Source of the DNA: Elusimicrobiota bacterium
Lineage (GTDB): Bacteria; Elusimicrobiota; Endomicrobiia; Endomicrobiales; Endomicrobiaceae
DNA length: 64,000 nt
Direction of reading: 5' to 3'
Assembly (NCBI GenBank): GCA_031274365.1
Contig: JAISQF010000007.1
Location: forward strand, 8,081-72,080
The notes under the pieces were generated by a model. It made no database searches, was not told where the DNA came from, and saw only the letters and a program-made list of their open reading frames with translations. Position numbers and translations under genes: made by a program. This document shows, piece by piece, positions 23,400-34,461 of this stretch. How positions within the stretch are numbered: the stretch's first letter is position 1; the number at the start of each line of letters is the position of its first letter.

Positions 23400-25910
23400 A
23401 TGCAAGCGGTAATTATGGCAGGAGGATTTGGAACAAGACTTAGACCCATCACGTGCAATATCCCTAAACCTATGGCTCCCATCGCAAATGAGCCGATGTT
23501 ATGTCATATTATTAATCTTCTAAAACAACACAATTTCCATGACTTAACAATGCTTTTGTATTATCAGCCCGAAGTAATCTCGCAGTATTTTGGCGACGGA
23601 AAAAAGTTCGGAGTAAATATCAATTACCTGCGTCCCGACGGAGATTTAGGAACAGCAGGCAGCGTAAAATTTGCCCAGAAATTGATAAAGGACACTTTTC
23701 TTGTAATCTCGGGCGACGTTTTAACGGATTTTGATTTAACTCAAGCGCTTGAATTTCATAAACGCAAAAAATCTATAGCGACTATGGTGCTTACAAGAGT
23801 TCCAAATCCTTTACAGTTTGGAGTCGTCATAACCGACAAGCATGGGAAAATAGAAAAATTTCTCGAAAAGCCGTCGTGGGGAGAAGTTTTTTCCGATTCA
23901 ATAAATACGGGAATCTACGTTTTAGATCCAAAAGTTTTTGATTATATTCCCGCCGATAAAGATTTTGATTTTTCAAAAGAACTTTTTCCTTTATTATTAA
24001 AAGAGAAGAAACCTCTTTACGGATATATAGCCGACGGATATTGGAAAGATATCGGAAGCCACGACGAATACAGGCACGCTCATTACGATATTCTCGACGG
24101 AGTGGTTAAGATAGAAACTAAAGGGAAAAAACTAAAAATCGGCGGAAATGAAATTACGGTCGGCGAGGGCGTTGAAATAGGAAAGGATGTGTCCGTTGAC
24201 AGCAATGCGATTTTGGGCGATAATGTTATAATTAAAGACGGCGCAAAAATTTCGCGCACCGTAATAGGTTCAAATACAATAATAGGCGAAGGAGCGGAAG
24301 TTTTAGGATCTATACTTTGGGATAATGTGTCGATAGGAAATGAAGCCCGCCTAAAAGAAAATGTCATAGGGAGATCCACAACTATCGGCGATAGAAGCGT
24401 TATTCAAGTGGGGACCGTTATTTCGGACGAATGTTCTATCGGCGGAGATGTCGTTATAAAAACAAATTTAAGAATTTGGCCTAATAAAATAGTGGAGTCC
24501 GGAGCGGTTTTGTCGAGCAGTTTGGTGTGGGGAGAAAAGTGGAATAAAGCGCTCTTTAACGCCACGGGCATTACTGGTCTTGCTAATGTTGAAATCACGC
24601 CGGAATTTGCGGCAAAAATAGGTTCGGCATACGGCGCTTTTATAGGAAAAGGATCTTATATTCTCACAACAAGAGACACACACCGCGTTTCAAGAATGAT
24701 AAAGAGAGGATTAATATCAGGACTTCTTTCCGCGGGAGTAAAAGTTGGAGATTTGAGCAATGCCCCTATCCCTGTGGCAAGATACCAAATCGGCAATGAG
24801 GGCGAAGCCGGAGGAATTCACGTCAGACAATCCCCTCTTGACGCAAAGATGATTGATATTAAATTTTTTAATTCAAAAGGCAGAGACATTTCGCTAAAAC
24901 AAGAAAAATCGATAGAGCAGCTTTTTTATAGAGAGGATTTCAAAAGAGCCGACATAAAAGATATTGGAGAAATTGTAGTTCCTCCGCGCGCTATAGATTA
25001 TTATAGAACTGGTTATCTCAACACTATAAAAAAAGATATTATTAGAAATTCAAATCAAAAACTTGTGATAGACTATGCAAATTCCTCAGCCACAATGATT
25101 TTCCCCGCCATACTCGGAGAGCTTGACATAGAAGTCGTGGCTTTAAACGCTTTTGTAACTTCGCGCGAAAGCAAAACAAAATCTACGGAAGAATTTCAAA
25201 ATTCATTATTGCAGCTTTCTAATATAGTAACCACGCTTGAAAGCAATGCTGGTTTTTTAATTGATTCCGGCGCTGAAAAATTATTTTTTGTGGACGAGAA
25301 AGGTAGGATTATGCATAATGACTTGGCTATGTTTGTCGTCACATATCTTGTTTTGAAAACAAATGCCAATAAAAATGCGACTATAGCCGTTCCCGTATAT
25401 GCTTCTTCCGTCATAGACACTCTTGCAAAAAAATTCAAAGTTAAAGTTAAGAGAACGGGAACAACCCCAAAAAGCATTATGGACGCGGCGGCTCAAGAAG
25501 ACGTGATTTTTGTTGGAGACAGCCAGGGCGGATTTATTTTTCCTCAATTCCAAGCTTCTTTTGACGCGATGTTTGCCATAGGAAAAGTTATTGAAATGCT
25601 TGCCGAGCTGAAAATGTCTTTAAGCAATATAGAAAAACAAATTCCCCCTTTGCTTGTTTTACATAAAGCCGTCGCCTGCCCATGGGATAAAAAAGGACAG
25701 GCTATGCGCCAAGCAATAGAATATTCTAAAGATAAAAAAGCTGAACTTATAGACGGAGTAAAAATTTATTTGCCGGACAATAAATGGGTTCTTATGTCTC
25801 CGGATCCCGACGACGCATTTTTTCATATTTGGGCTGAAGCTAAAAAACCGGCGGAGGCAAAAACAATAATTGATTCGTATGCAAAGCTAGTAAAAAAATG
25901 GCAGGAATAA
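23400..25910 (+). CDS. sugar-1-phosphate nucleotidyltransferase / left-handed beta-helix / phosphohexomutase-like fusion protein
   Basis: ORF trimmed to ATG 23400 (GAGG SD 8 nt upstream); MAGGFGTRLRP NTP-transferase motif, hexapeptide repeats, C-terminal PGM/PMM-like domains. Confidence 0.8.
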   Translation: MQAVIMAGGFGTRLRPITCNIPKPMAPIANEPMLCHIINLLKQHNFHDLTMLLYYQPEVISQYFGDGKKFGVNINYLRPDGDLGTAGSVKFAQKLIKDTFLVISGDVLTDFDLTQALEFHKRKKSIATMVLTRVPNPLQFGVVITDKHGKIEKFLEKPSWGEVFSDSINTGIYVLDPKVFDYIPADKDFDFSKELFPLLLKEKKPLYGYIADGYWKDIGSHDEYRHAHYDILDGVVKIETKGKKLKIGGNEITVGEGVEIGKDVSVDSNAILGDNVIIKDGAKISRTVIGSNTIIGEGAEVLGSILWDNVSIGNEARLKENVIGRSTTIGDRSVIQVGTVISDECSIGGDVVIKTNLRIWPNKIVESGAVLSSSLVWGEKWNKALFNATGITGLANVEITPEFAAKIGSAYGAFIGKGSYILTTRDTHRVSRMIKRGLISGLLSAGVKVGDLSNAPIPVARYQIGNEGEAGGIHVRQSPLDAKMIDIKFFNSKGRDISLKQEKSIEQLFYREDFKRADIKDIGEIVVPPRAIDYYRTGYLNTIKKDIIRNSNQKLVIDYANSSATMIFPAILGELDIEVVALNAFVTSRESKTKSTEEFQNSLLQLSNIVTTLESNAGFLIDSGAEKLFFVDEKGRIMHNDLAMFVVTYLVLKTNANKNATIAVPVYASSVIDTLAKKFKVKVKRTGTTPKSIMDAAAQEDVIFVGDSQGGFIFPQFQASFDAMFAIGKVIEMLAELKMSLSNIEKQIPPLLVLHKAVACPWDKKGQAMRQAIEYSKDKKAELIDGVKIYLPDNKWVLMSPDPDDAFFHIWAEAKKPAEAKTIIDSYAKLVKKWQE

Positions 25911-25933
25911 TAAAAACATAAAGGAGCAATGCA

Positions 25934-27358
25934 ATGGATATAAAATTTGGAACATCGGGATGGAGAGGAATAATCGGCGAAGATTTTACCTATGATAATG
26001 TAAGAATAGCAACACAAGCGATAGCCGATATTGTAAATGAGGAAACAAATAATTCCGCATCTATAATTATAGGTTATGACACAAGATTTATGTCTGAAGA
26101 TTTTGCAAAAGCCTGCGCGTCGGTTTTAGCGGGAAACGGCATAAAAGTTTTGCTTTGTAAAAGAGATACTCCGACACCCGTTTTAGCTTATGAAATTATT
26201 CGCTTAAAACTTACGGGAGGAATAAATTTCACGGCAAGCCACAATCCGTATTTATATAATGGAATTAAATATTCACCCTCTTGGGGCGGTCCCGCTTTAC
26301 CCGAGACAACAAAAAAAATAGAGGAACTTTGCGCAACAATAGACAAATCGTCTATAAAAAAACTTCCGTTTGAAGAAGGAGTAAAAAATAAACTTATAGA
26401 ATTTTATAATCCCCGCCCGGCATACCTTAGAAGAATAAAACAATTGATAAATTTCAAAGCGTTAAAAAAAGCAAAAATCAAAGTGGCCGTCGATGTTTTG
26501 CACGGAACGGCTAACGATTATCTTGATTCTTTACTCGACGAGGCTGGAATTAAACAAAAAACTATCAATAAAAATAGAGATACGATGTTTGGCGGACACG
26601 CGCCCGAACCGTCTGAGGAAAATCTCAAAGATTTGTTTAAAATAGTAAAAAATGAATCCTGCAAACTCGGACTTGCAACCGACGGCGACGCCGATAGATT
26701 TGGCATAATTGATTCAAATGGAACTTTTATAACGCCAAATCAAGTCATTCCGATTTTGTTTTATCATTTGAATAAAACGAGAGGATGGACAGGAATAGTC
26801 GCAAGAAGCGTTATGACCACTCATTTAATCGATAAACTTGCGGCAAAACTCAATGTGGAAGTAATAGAAACCCCCGTCGGTTTTAAATATATCGGAGACG
26901 TTATGGTCAATCATCCGAAAGAATTTATTATCGGAGGAGAAGAATCCGGAGGACTGACAATCAGAGGACATATTCCTGAAAAAGACGGAATTCTTGCCTG
27001 CCTTTTAATGGCTGAAGCCGTGGCGATGAATAAAAAATCTGTCGCCGCTTTACTTAAAGATATAGAAAAACTTACCGGAAAAGTTTGGACGGCAAGACTG
27101 AATTTTCATTTGCCCGTTCCCGTAATGGAAGCATTTAGAACAAAACTTAAAGAAACGCCTATTGATGAATTTGCGGGAATAAAGATTCAAAAGAAAATCA
27201 CTATAGACGGAGATAAATTTATTTTAGACGATAATAATTGGATAGGTTTTAGACTTTCGGGAACAGAACCCGTAGTCCGCGTTTATGCTGAATCCGATTC
27301 GCAAAATAAACTCAATAAAATCTTAAAAGCCGGGAGAAACTTCGTATATGGAAAATGA
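25934..27358 (+). CDS. phosphoglucomutase/phosphomannomutase family protein
   Basis: 474 aa; active-site TASHNP, metal loop DGDADR. Confidence 0.9.
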   Translation: MDIKFGTSGWRGIIGEDFTYDNVRIATQAIADIVNEETNNSASIIIGYDTRFMSEDFAKACASVLAGNGIKVLLCKRDTPTPVLAYEIIRLKLTGGINFTASHNPYLYNGIKYSPSWGGPALPETTKKIEELCATIDKSSIKKLPFEEGVKNKLIEFYNPRPAYLRRIKQLINFKALKKAKIKVAVDVLHGTANDYLDSLLDEAGIKQKTINKNRDTMFGGHAPEPSEENLKDLFKIVKNESCKLGLATDGDADRFGIIDSNGTFITPNQVIPILFYHLNKTRGWTGIVARSVMTTHLIDKLAAKLNVEVIETPVGFKYIGDVMVNHPKEFIIGGEESGGLTIRGHIPEKDGILACLLMAEAVAMNKKSVAALLKDIEKLTGKVWTARLNFHLPVPVMEAFRTKLKETPIDEFAGIKIQKKITIDGDKFILDDNNWIGFRLSGTEPVVRVYAESDSQNKLNKILKAGRNFVYGK

Positions 27359-28109
27359 CATTATAAAACCTCGTAAAACGTTCAAAGAAAAAATTGTGCG
27401 CATACTCAAAAATTATCTCGTGATGGGAATTATAATCATTATCCCTCTATGGCTTACCTATTTTGTAGTCTCTATCTTATTTGGCTGGGTGAGCAATTTT
27501 ACTTTTCCGATAATTTCCGCCGTGCTAAACGCTTTTACTTCAGACCATAAATACTATTTATTAGCCGTAAAAATCTCCAGTTTTTTTATTTCTATGACTC
27601 TTATATGTTCTTTAGGATTTATAGCTAATAATCTTTTTGGTAAAACCATTATTAAATTTATTGAACAAATTATAAGAAAAATACCAATGGTCGGCGCCGT
27701 CTATTTTTCAGCTCAACAATTTGTGAACTTTATTTTTTCAGACGATAAAACAAAAGGATTTAAGCAAGTGATTTTAGTTCCTTATCCTAACGAGTATTCT
27801 CTTTCCGTAGCTTTTCTAACTAACAAAACCGTTATACAAGGCAAGGAATATATTTGCGCTTTTATGCCGACAACGCCAAATCCATCCACCGGTTTTCTTA
27901 TGCTTTTTAACGATGAGAAAAAAATTATTTACACAGACTACACCATAGAGCAAGCTTTTCAATTTATAATTTCCGTCGGTGTAATAAGTTTGGGCGAAAA
28001 ATACAAAACGTCAGACACAGACAATAAAGATATGAATGAATTAAAAGAAGAAATTGAAAAATTAAAAAAAGGAACAAAAAAAGAAGAGGTCTTAAAAAAT
28101 GACAATTAA
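27348..28109 (+). CDS. DUF502-family membrane protein
   Basis: 253 aa, two N-terminal TM helices, conserved ..P.P.STG.. region; Lys/Glu-rich tail. Confidence 0.65.
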   Translation: MENDIIKPRKTFKEKIVRILKNYLVMGIIIIIPLWLTYFVVSILFGWVSNFTFPIISAVLNAFTSDHKYYLLAVKISSFFISMTLICSLGFIANNLFGKTIIKFIEQIIRKIPMVGAVYFSAQQFVNFIFSDDKTKGFKQVILVPYPNEYSLSVAFLTNKTVIQGKEYICAFMPTTPNPSTGFLMLFNDEKKIIYTDYTIEQAFQFIISVGVISLGEKYKTSDTDNKDMNELKEEIEKLKKGTKKEEVLKNDN

Positions 28110-29343
28110 CGCTCCCCGCGGCGTTCACGATATTATAGGCGCAAACGCTTTTAAGATGACGGAACTTGAAAATAATGCAAAATTTATTTTTGCAAGACAC
28201 GGTTTCATAGAAGCAAGAACGCCGATATTTGAAGACATCGCTTTGTTTATACGTTCAATCGGAGAACAGACCGATATAGTCAGTAAAGAAATGTATGTTT
28301 TTGAAGATAAAAAAGGGAAAAAATTCGCTTTGCGCCCCGAGGGAACGGCTTCTTTTGTCAGAGCTTATATAGAGCATAGACTTGATATGTCTTATCCTGA
28401 AGGAAAATTTTTTTACAGCGGCGAGATGTTTAGATATGAAAGACCTCAAGCTGGCAGATACAGACAATTTCATCAAATAGGAGGAGAGTTTTTAGGAAAT
28501 TCCTCTCCGTCGGCCGATGCGGAAATTATAATTATCACAGCCGACATTCTCTCGTCGGTGGGAATTAAGGAATTGTCAATACATATAAATTCTCTCGGCT
28601 GCTGCAATTGCAGACCTAAATTTAGACAAGCTCTTATAGATTATTTTTCGTCTATAAAAGATCTCTGCCAAGATTGTCAAATCAGACTTGAAAAAAATCC
28701 GCTGAGACTGCTTGATTGCAAAATTGATTCATCCAAATTTACAAACGTTCCAAAGATGACTGATTTTTTATGCCCCGAATGCAAAGAAAATTTCAGCATC
28801 GCGCAAGATTTATTAAAAAGCGCGGGTTATAAATTTAGAGTTGACGATAAACTCGTTAGAGGTTTGGATTACTACAATAGAATTGTTTTTGAAATACGTT
28901 CGTCCGTTTTAGGAGCGCAGGACGCTCTTGCCGGAGGAGGAAGATATGATAATCTTGTAAAGGATTTAGGCGGCCAGCCAATACCGGCCGTGGGTTTTGC
29001 ACTTGGATCAGAAAGAGTTATTCTTGCCGCTCAAGAAACTGATTTTTTTGAAAAAAAAGAGAAAGCAAAAAAAATATATATTGCCGTTGCCGACAAAGAA
29101 CTTATAGGAGACGCTTTTGCTTTTGCAATAAGAATCACAAAACAAGGATTGAAAAATAATAAAAACATATCGGTTTATCCCCCTCTAATTGATAAAAATT
29201 TCACCAATCAATTGAAATTTGCAAATAAAATCAACGCCGACGAAACTATAGTTTTTGCTAAAAATGAATTTGACAATGGAAACTTAATTGTAAAAGATAT
29301 GAAAGCAAGAACACAGATAGAAATTCCAATTTCTGAAATTTAA
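28099..29343 (+). CDS. hisS: histidine--tRNA ligase
   Basis: 414 aa; class II motifs (RPEGTA.., FHQIGGE, GGGRYD). Confidence 0.93.
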   Translation: MTINAPRGVHDIIGANAFKMTELENNAKFIFARHGFIEARTPIFEDIALFIRSIGEQTDIVSKEMYVFEDKKGKKFALRPEGTASFVRAYIEHRLDMSYPEGKFFYSGEMFRYERPQAGRYRQFHQIGGEFLGNSSPSADAEIIIITADILSSVGIKELSIHINSLGCCNCRPKFRQALIDYFSSIKDLCQDCQIRLEKNPLRLLDCKIDSSKFTNVPKMTDFLCPECKENFSIAQDLLKSAGYKFRVDDKLVRGLDYYNRIVFEIRSSVLGAQDALAGGGRYDNLVKDLGGQPIPAVGFALGSERVILAAQETDFFEKKEKAKKIYIAVADKELIGDAFAFAIRITKQGLKNNKNISVYPPLIDKNFTNQLKFANKINADETIVFAKNEFDNGNLIVKDMKARTQIEIPISEI

Positions 29344-29374
29344 TTTTCCAGCAGACTATTTAGACAAAATATTT

Positions 29375-31399
29375 TTATTTCCAAGGATAGAACAATTCGG
29401 CTTCTTCGCGCTTTTGTCTGTTAAAAGACATATTTGTTTTTAAGTTAAACATAAAATAAAAATCGTGAATATATCCTTGATACAAATCTTTTCTAACGCG
29501 CACAGTCGCACCAAAATTATAACAGTGCAGATCTCTATAAAGTTTTATTTCATACTCGTTTATATTTATTGCCTGCGTTTTGAAATTAGAAATACTTCTC
29601 ATATTATAATCAAGCCGCCATTTTGGCGTTAACCATAAACCAAAACCCAAAACATTATCAATCACGTCCCTCTTTATTTCCTCATAAAAAATTCCCAATT
29701 TAATATAAGCTATTTCTGTCCTGCCTATGGTTATTTCAGACTGCAGCCCCTCAAATTTCACAGAAGGATCAAGAGTTTGAGTTTGTCTAATATAAATACT
29801 TAGATAAGATTTCGGAAGATACACAAGCTCATTTTCTATCGGCGACCAGCGCGTTATCTGCTCGGAAGAGTCTCTGAATTTTCTCAAGTCATACGAAACC
29901 ACATTTCTAACAGTCAAATTATCCGTTATATACATATAATTAGAATACGCTATTTTTTCTTTTGTGATCCCGTAATTGCCGCTGCTCCTATCAATCTCAA
30001 AAGAATTTCTATCCGTAATGGCCGCGATAGAATAATCAAAATTCCAATCCATCCAATTTGACGGTCTTAACCGCGTATTCAAACCGCCCGAATATGTAAG
30101 AAACATACTCTCGTCCATATTTCCAAGATCATCTTTATCATAGAAATTGCCGCCTATCCCCAAATACGGAGTAAAAGTTAAATTGTTTAAAGCTCTAAAG
30201 TTTTTTGATATCGCATCCTCAAAAACAACTGTATTTTTATAAAACAATTCTCCGTCTGAAATATATTTTTCTCCCGCATAATTATAAAGAACGTTAAAAT
30301 TATTTGAAATATCCCAAAATAATTTTCGCGGATATAAAGTATAAGAAATTCTTGGAACAGCTAATTGATAAGGTTCAAAAGCTTTAGTTTGCTCGTTATA
30401 ATAATCATATTTTTCAAAAACAAACATAATATTTGAGCTTGTCCCACTTCTTGTAAATGCGGCAAAAGAATGAGGATTATTTGAAACTCTATTCCAATTA
30501 TTACGACTAAAAATATTATTAAAATCAGGATCGCTTAAAAATTCAGCTTGAGATTGTATCGTCCAAATATCCGCGACTCTACTCCAAAAGGAAGGTCTTA
30601 TCGCCCATCTTTGAATACCGACGATTTCATCATTTATATTATAACCGTAAACGCTAAACTTCGTAATCTCGCCCGCATAATCAAGCTGAGTCCCGTATCC
30701 GGTTCCGGATTTTCCCAAATAATCTAAAAACAATTCGTCGCTAAGATTTTCAGTAATAGAAAATCCCACTGTTGTCTTTAAGGAAACGCCCGCTTCCTGG
30801 CTATAACCCGGCTCAACGGAAACGGTAAACGGTTCTTTGCCTCTCTCTAAACTTCTTGTAAGAACGGGAAAATAAAACACCGGCACATGAGCGATATAAA
30901 AAACGGCATTATATAAAGTGATTCTTTTTCCTTGTCTTAAAACTGCCCGCGAAGCCTTAAAGGACGTATGAGGATCGTCTAAATCGCAATTTGACATAAT
31001 AGTTTTTGACGCGGCAAAATTGTATTTATCAAGCCTTTGCATTTTTTCAGATTGTATGAAAGCCATATTAGACGCGGCTCTTGTTTTAATCAATTCGCCT
31101 TTTTCCTCGTCATAATAATAACTTATTGAATCTGCAAAAATAATATTTCCATCTTCTTCAATTGAAACATTGCCGCGGGCGTTTATAAATTTATTTTGAA
31201 GTTCAAACTCAACTTCATCGGCTTGTAAAAATTTATTTTGCCATAAAATAGAAACGTTTCCTTTAGCCAAGAGCAAATCAGATTCCTGACGATATTCCAA
31301 AACATCGGCTTTTATATCTATATCATAGGCAAAAGATATTGTTGAAAAGATTGTAATGATGGAGGAAAATAAAATAATTTTTATGAATAGTTTTTTCAT
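29375..31399 (-). CDS. lptD: LPS-assembly outer-membrane protein (LptD/OstA-like)
   Basis: 674 aa, signal peptide, OstA-like N-terminal region then a large beta-barrel-type sequence; assignment by architecture. Confidence 0.6.
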   Translation of the reverse strand: MKKLFIKIILFSSIITIFSTISFAYDIDIKADVLEYRQESDLLLAKGNVSILWQNKFLQADEVEFELQNKFINARGNVSIEEDGNIIFADSISYYYDEEKGELIKTRAASNMAFIQSEKMQRLDKYNFAASKTIMSNCDLDDPHTSFKASRAVLRQGKRITLYNAVFYIAHVPVFYFPVLTRSLERGKEPFTVSVEPGYSQEAGVSLKTTVGFSITENLSDELFLDYLGKSGTGYGTQLDYAGEITKFSVYGYNINDEIVGIQRWAIRPSFWSRVADIWTIQSQAEFLSDPDFNNIFSRNNWNRVSNNPHSFAAFTRSGTSSNIMFVFEKYDYYNEQTKAFEPYQLAVPRISYTLYPRKLFWDISNNFNVLYNYAGEKYISDGELFYKNTVVFEDAISKNFRALNNLTFTPYLGIGGNFYDKDDLGNMDESMFLTYSGGLNTRLRPSNWMDWNFDYSIAAITDRNSFEIDRSSGNYGITKEKIAYSNYMYITDNLTVRNVVSYDLRKFRDSSEQITRWSPIENELVYLPKSYLSIYIRQTQTLDPSVKFEGLQSEITIGRTEIAYIKLGIFYEEIKRDVIDNVLGFGLWLTPKWRLDYNMRSISNFKTQAININEYEIKLYRDLHCYNFGATVRVRKDLYQGYIHDFYFMFNLKTNMSFNRQKREEAELFYPWK

Positions 31400-31408
31400 T
31401 TGGAGGAT

Positions 31409-32353
31409 TTATTGTTCGGCAAGCATAGCGGCTCCCACAACCCCCAATTTATTAGACCATTTAGAACAAATCACATTGCAAATTCTTGCAGGAGTTTTAA
31501 AAGCCCTCATTTTCATTTCTTTTTTTGCCAGAGGCAAAATAAATTTCTCAGCCCGGCTTACTCCGCCGCACAAAACTATTGTGTCCGGATTTATAAAGTT
31601 GACTATATTAGAAAGCAAAACCCCGAGAATTTCTCCAGCATATTGCCAAAGTTCTAAAGCCGTCTTGTCTTTTCTGAGAGCGGATTTATAGAGAATTTCA
31701 ATAGTAAGTTTTGAGAAATCATTATCTATAAATTTCATTATAATCGGCGATTTATGTTTTTTTATATAGTTAACGCTGTATGCGGTTAAATTTTTTGCCC
31801 CAATATACGCTTCAACGCAGCCAATATTTTCACAATTACACACATTGCGGTCATAAGTTATTGTCATATGACCTATTTCTCCGGCGCTGGAACTCGAACC
31901 TCTGTATATTTTCTTATTTAATATTATTCCTCCTCCGATACCCGTTCCCAAAGTAATACATACGAGATTATTTGCTTTTCCTCCCGTATCAAGCCAAAAA
32001 GCTCCAAGTGAAGCGGCGTTTGCATCATTATCAATACAAACTTTTTTCTTTGAATATTTATGCAAAATATTTCTTACAAAAATATTTTTCCATTTGGGTA
32101 AATTATAAGCGCGGCGTAAAATTCCATTTTTAGAATCAACGTCTCCGGGTATTCCTAAACCAATACTTTTAACTTTATCATAACCTTCCAAACCGGCGGC
32201 AGCTTTTAGAATATCTTTTAAAACTTTTCGAGGCTCTTCTTTAATATTCGTTGGCAGCGAGGTTTGCGAAAGAATCTCTAAATCAGATTTTACTATTGCG
32301 ATTTTTACGCTTGTTCCTCCAATATCTATTCCTAAAAAATGTTTTTTAGTCAT
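31409..32353 (-). CDS. ROK-family glucokinase
   Basis: Trimmed to MTKKHFLGIDIGGTS (GGAG SD); ROK CxCGxxGC zinc motif (CNCENIGCVE). Confidence 0.85.
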   Translation of the reverse strand: MTKKHFLGIDIGGTSVKIAIVKSDLEILSQTSLPTNIKEEPRKVLKDILKAAAGLEGYDKVKSIGLGIPGDVDSKNGILRRAYNLPKWKNIFVRNILHKYSKKKVCIDNDANAASLGAFWLDTGGKANNLVCITLGTGIGGGIILNKKIYRGSSSSAGEIGHMTITYDRNVCNCENIGCVEAYIGAKNLTAYSVNYIKKHKSPIIMKFIDNDFSKLTIEILYKSALRKDKTALELWQYAGEILGVLLSNIVNFINPDTIVLCGGVSRAEKFILPLAKKEMKMRAFKTPARICNVICSKWSNKLGVVGAAMLAEQ

Positions 32354-33623
32354 AATAATCTCCAAGTTGATTTATAAAATTTAAAACTTCCCCGGCCAAA
32401 TATAAAGAGCCGACTGCCGCAACTTTTTCATTATTTTTAATCTGCCTAAAAACTTTTTTGATATTGTCAGTTTCAATTATTTCTATTTGACTATCCAACT
32501 TAAGAAACACTTCTTTTATTTTTTTTGTTTCCAAAGATCTTGGATTGTCTAATTTGGGTAAAATTATTTTGGAAGCAAAAGGATATAAAGCTTTGGCTAT
32601 TTTTCTATAATCTTTTTGTTTCATTAAAGCAAAGATAAGAGGTCTTTTCTTTTGCGCATAACCTTCGGATTTCCAAGTTTTTATAAAAGAATAAATTCCC
32701 TCTATATTATGCGCTCCGTCTATAATAAGTTCTATTTTTTTATTTTCAAGTTGTATTTTTTTAATATCAAATCTTGCGGTATGGACGCTTTCTAAAAGAG
32801 CCGCCACAAGCGATTGTTTATTTATTTTAAGCCCTAAAATAAGTTCTGCAGCGCAAACAGCTATAGCGCAATTTTGTATTTGATGCGCGCCGCTCATAGA
32901 TATTTTTAAGTTCTTAAAATTATTATTTATTCCATAATAATCAAATTCTTGAATTCCTTTCGCGGCATTTACATTTTTAACTCTAAAGCTTTTTGAAAAA
33001 ACATAAGGCTTTGCTTTTTTTTCAATTTCTTTCATCGCCGGTTTTACTAAAGGAGGACAAATAACAAAAGCATTTTTCTTTATTATGCCGGCTTTTTCAT
33101 AAGCTATTTTTGATAAAGACGAGCCGAGAATTTCCTCATGGTCAAAAGATATTGACGTTATTATACACGATAGAGGATTTTTTACAATATTAGTCGCGTC
33201 AAAACGTCCGCCTAATCCTGTTTCAAGAACGGCTGTGTCTATCTTTTTATCCGCAAAATAAATAAAAGCAATTGCCGTCAAATATTCAAAATACGAAAGT
33301 CCAAATTTTTTTGCGCAAGAATTATATTTTTTCAAAATAGCGTTAAAAGTTTTTTGAGATATTTCTTTTGCGTCTATTTTTATACGCTCGCAAACATTTA
33401 TCAAATGCGGCGAAGTATATAATCCCGTTCTATATCCGTGTCTTCTTAAAATATTGCTTAAAAATAAAGCTGTGGAACCCTTGCCGTTCGTGCCCGCTAT
33501 TTGAATAGATTTGAAAGATCTTTCAGGATTACCGATATGTTTGAGAAAATTTCTTATCCTTGAAAGTCCGGGCTTCATTCCCTGATATTCTTTTAAAGAA
33601 TCAAGATACTTCATTTTTGACAA
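32346..33623 (-). CDS. folC: folylpolyglutamate synthase/dihydrofolate synthase
   Basis: 425 aa; P-loop GTNGKGST, Mur-ligase architecture. Confidence 0.9.
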   Translation of the reverse strand: MSKMKYLDSLKEYQGMKPGLSRIRNFLKHIGNPERSFKSIQIAGTNGKGSTALFLSNILRRHGYRTGLYTSPHLINVCERIKIDAKEISQKTFNAILKKYNSCAKKFGLSYFEYLTAIAFIYFADKKIDTAVLETGLGGRFDATNIVKNPLSCIITSISFDHEEILGSSLSKIAYEKAGIIKKNAFVICPPLVKPAMKEIEKKAKPYVFSKSFRVKNVNAAKGIQEFDYYGINNNFKNLKISMSGAHQIQNCAIAVCAAELILGLKINKQSLVAALLESVHTARFDIKKIQLENKKIELIIDGAHNIEGIYSFIKTWKSEGYAQKKRPLIFALMKQKDYRKIAKALYPFASKIILPKLDNPRSLETKKIKEVFLKLDSQIEIIETDNIKKVFRQIKNNEKVAAVGSLYLAGEVLNFINQLGDYYD

Positions 33624-34425
33624 AAAAACGCAGTAATTTTATCAAAACATCCTTAATATCTTTTCTTTCAACAATCATATCGACCATACCGTGATTTCTT
33701 AAAAATTCAGGTCTTTGAAAACCGTCGGGCAATTGCTGTCTTATCGTTTGTTCAATAACTCTTGGACCCGCAAAACCGACTAAAGCCCCCGTCTCGGCAA
33801 TATTTATATCGCCTATCATAGCAAAACTCGCGGCGACTCCGCCCGTCGTAGGATCGGTTAATAATGAAATATATCCCAAACCGGCTCTGGCAAGTTTAGA
33901 TAAAGCCGCGTTTGTTTTCCCCATCTGCATAAGAGAAATTAATCCTTCCTGCATTCTTGCCCCGCCGGAAGCGGAAACTATAATCACGGGATATTTTTTT
34001 TTCAAAGCATATTCGACGGCGCGGACAATTTTTTCTCCGACTACCGAGCCCATACTTCCGCCCATAAATCCAAAATCCATCACTGCGATCACCACAGGCT
34101 GTCCCCCTATTTCCGCTTTGCCCGTTATAATTGCATCTTCGTGTGTTTTTTTTATTTTTTCTCCATATCCAGGAAATTTCAAAAAGTCCACAGGAAGTAT
34201 ATTTTCACAAAACTCTTCAAAAGAATCGGCGTCAACAGTAATATTAATTCTCTGGCGAGGCTGCAATCTCGCATAATGTCCGCATTTTGGACATACAAAA
34301 TAATTACCCTCATAATCTTTCTGTAAAAGAATTTGATCGCATTTTGGACATTTAGCCCAAAGTCCAGCCGAAGGCAAACTTCTCTTCTCAGATCTGTCTA
34401 TGGAATCTTTCTGCCGCTTTACCAT
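33601..34425 (-). CDS. accD: acetyl-CoA carboxylase carboxyltransferase beta subunit
   Basis: 274 aa; N-terminal CPKC..CPKC zinc finger and GGSMG region. Confidence 0.92.
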   Translation of the reverse strand: MVKRQKDSIDRSEKRSLPSAGLWAKCPKCDQILLQKDYEGNYFVCPKCGHYARLQPRQRINITVDADSFEEFCENILPVDFLKFPGYGEKIKKTHEDAIITGKAEIGGQPVVIAVMDFGFMGGSMGSVVGEKIVRAVEYALKKKYPVIIVSASGGARMQEGLISLMQMGKTNAALSKLARAGLGYISLLTDPTTGGVAASFAMIGDINIAETGALVGFAGPRVIEQTIRQQLPDGFQRPEFLRNHGMVDMIVERKDIKDVLIKLLRFFVKNEVS

Positions 34426-34461
34426 TTTTCCTCCAAGCGTTTATTTTTTATTTTTTTATTT

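Noticed and set aside
29344-29374. A terminator expected between the convergent hisS and lptD genes
   Set aside because: The 31-nt gap has no convincing stem-loop or U-tract, so nothing is reported.
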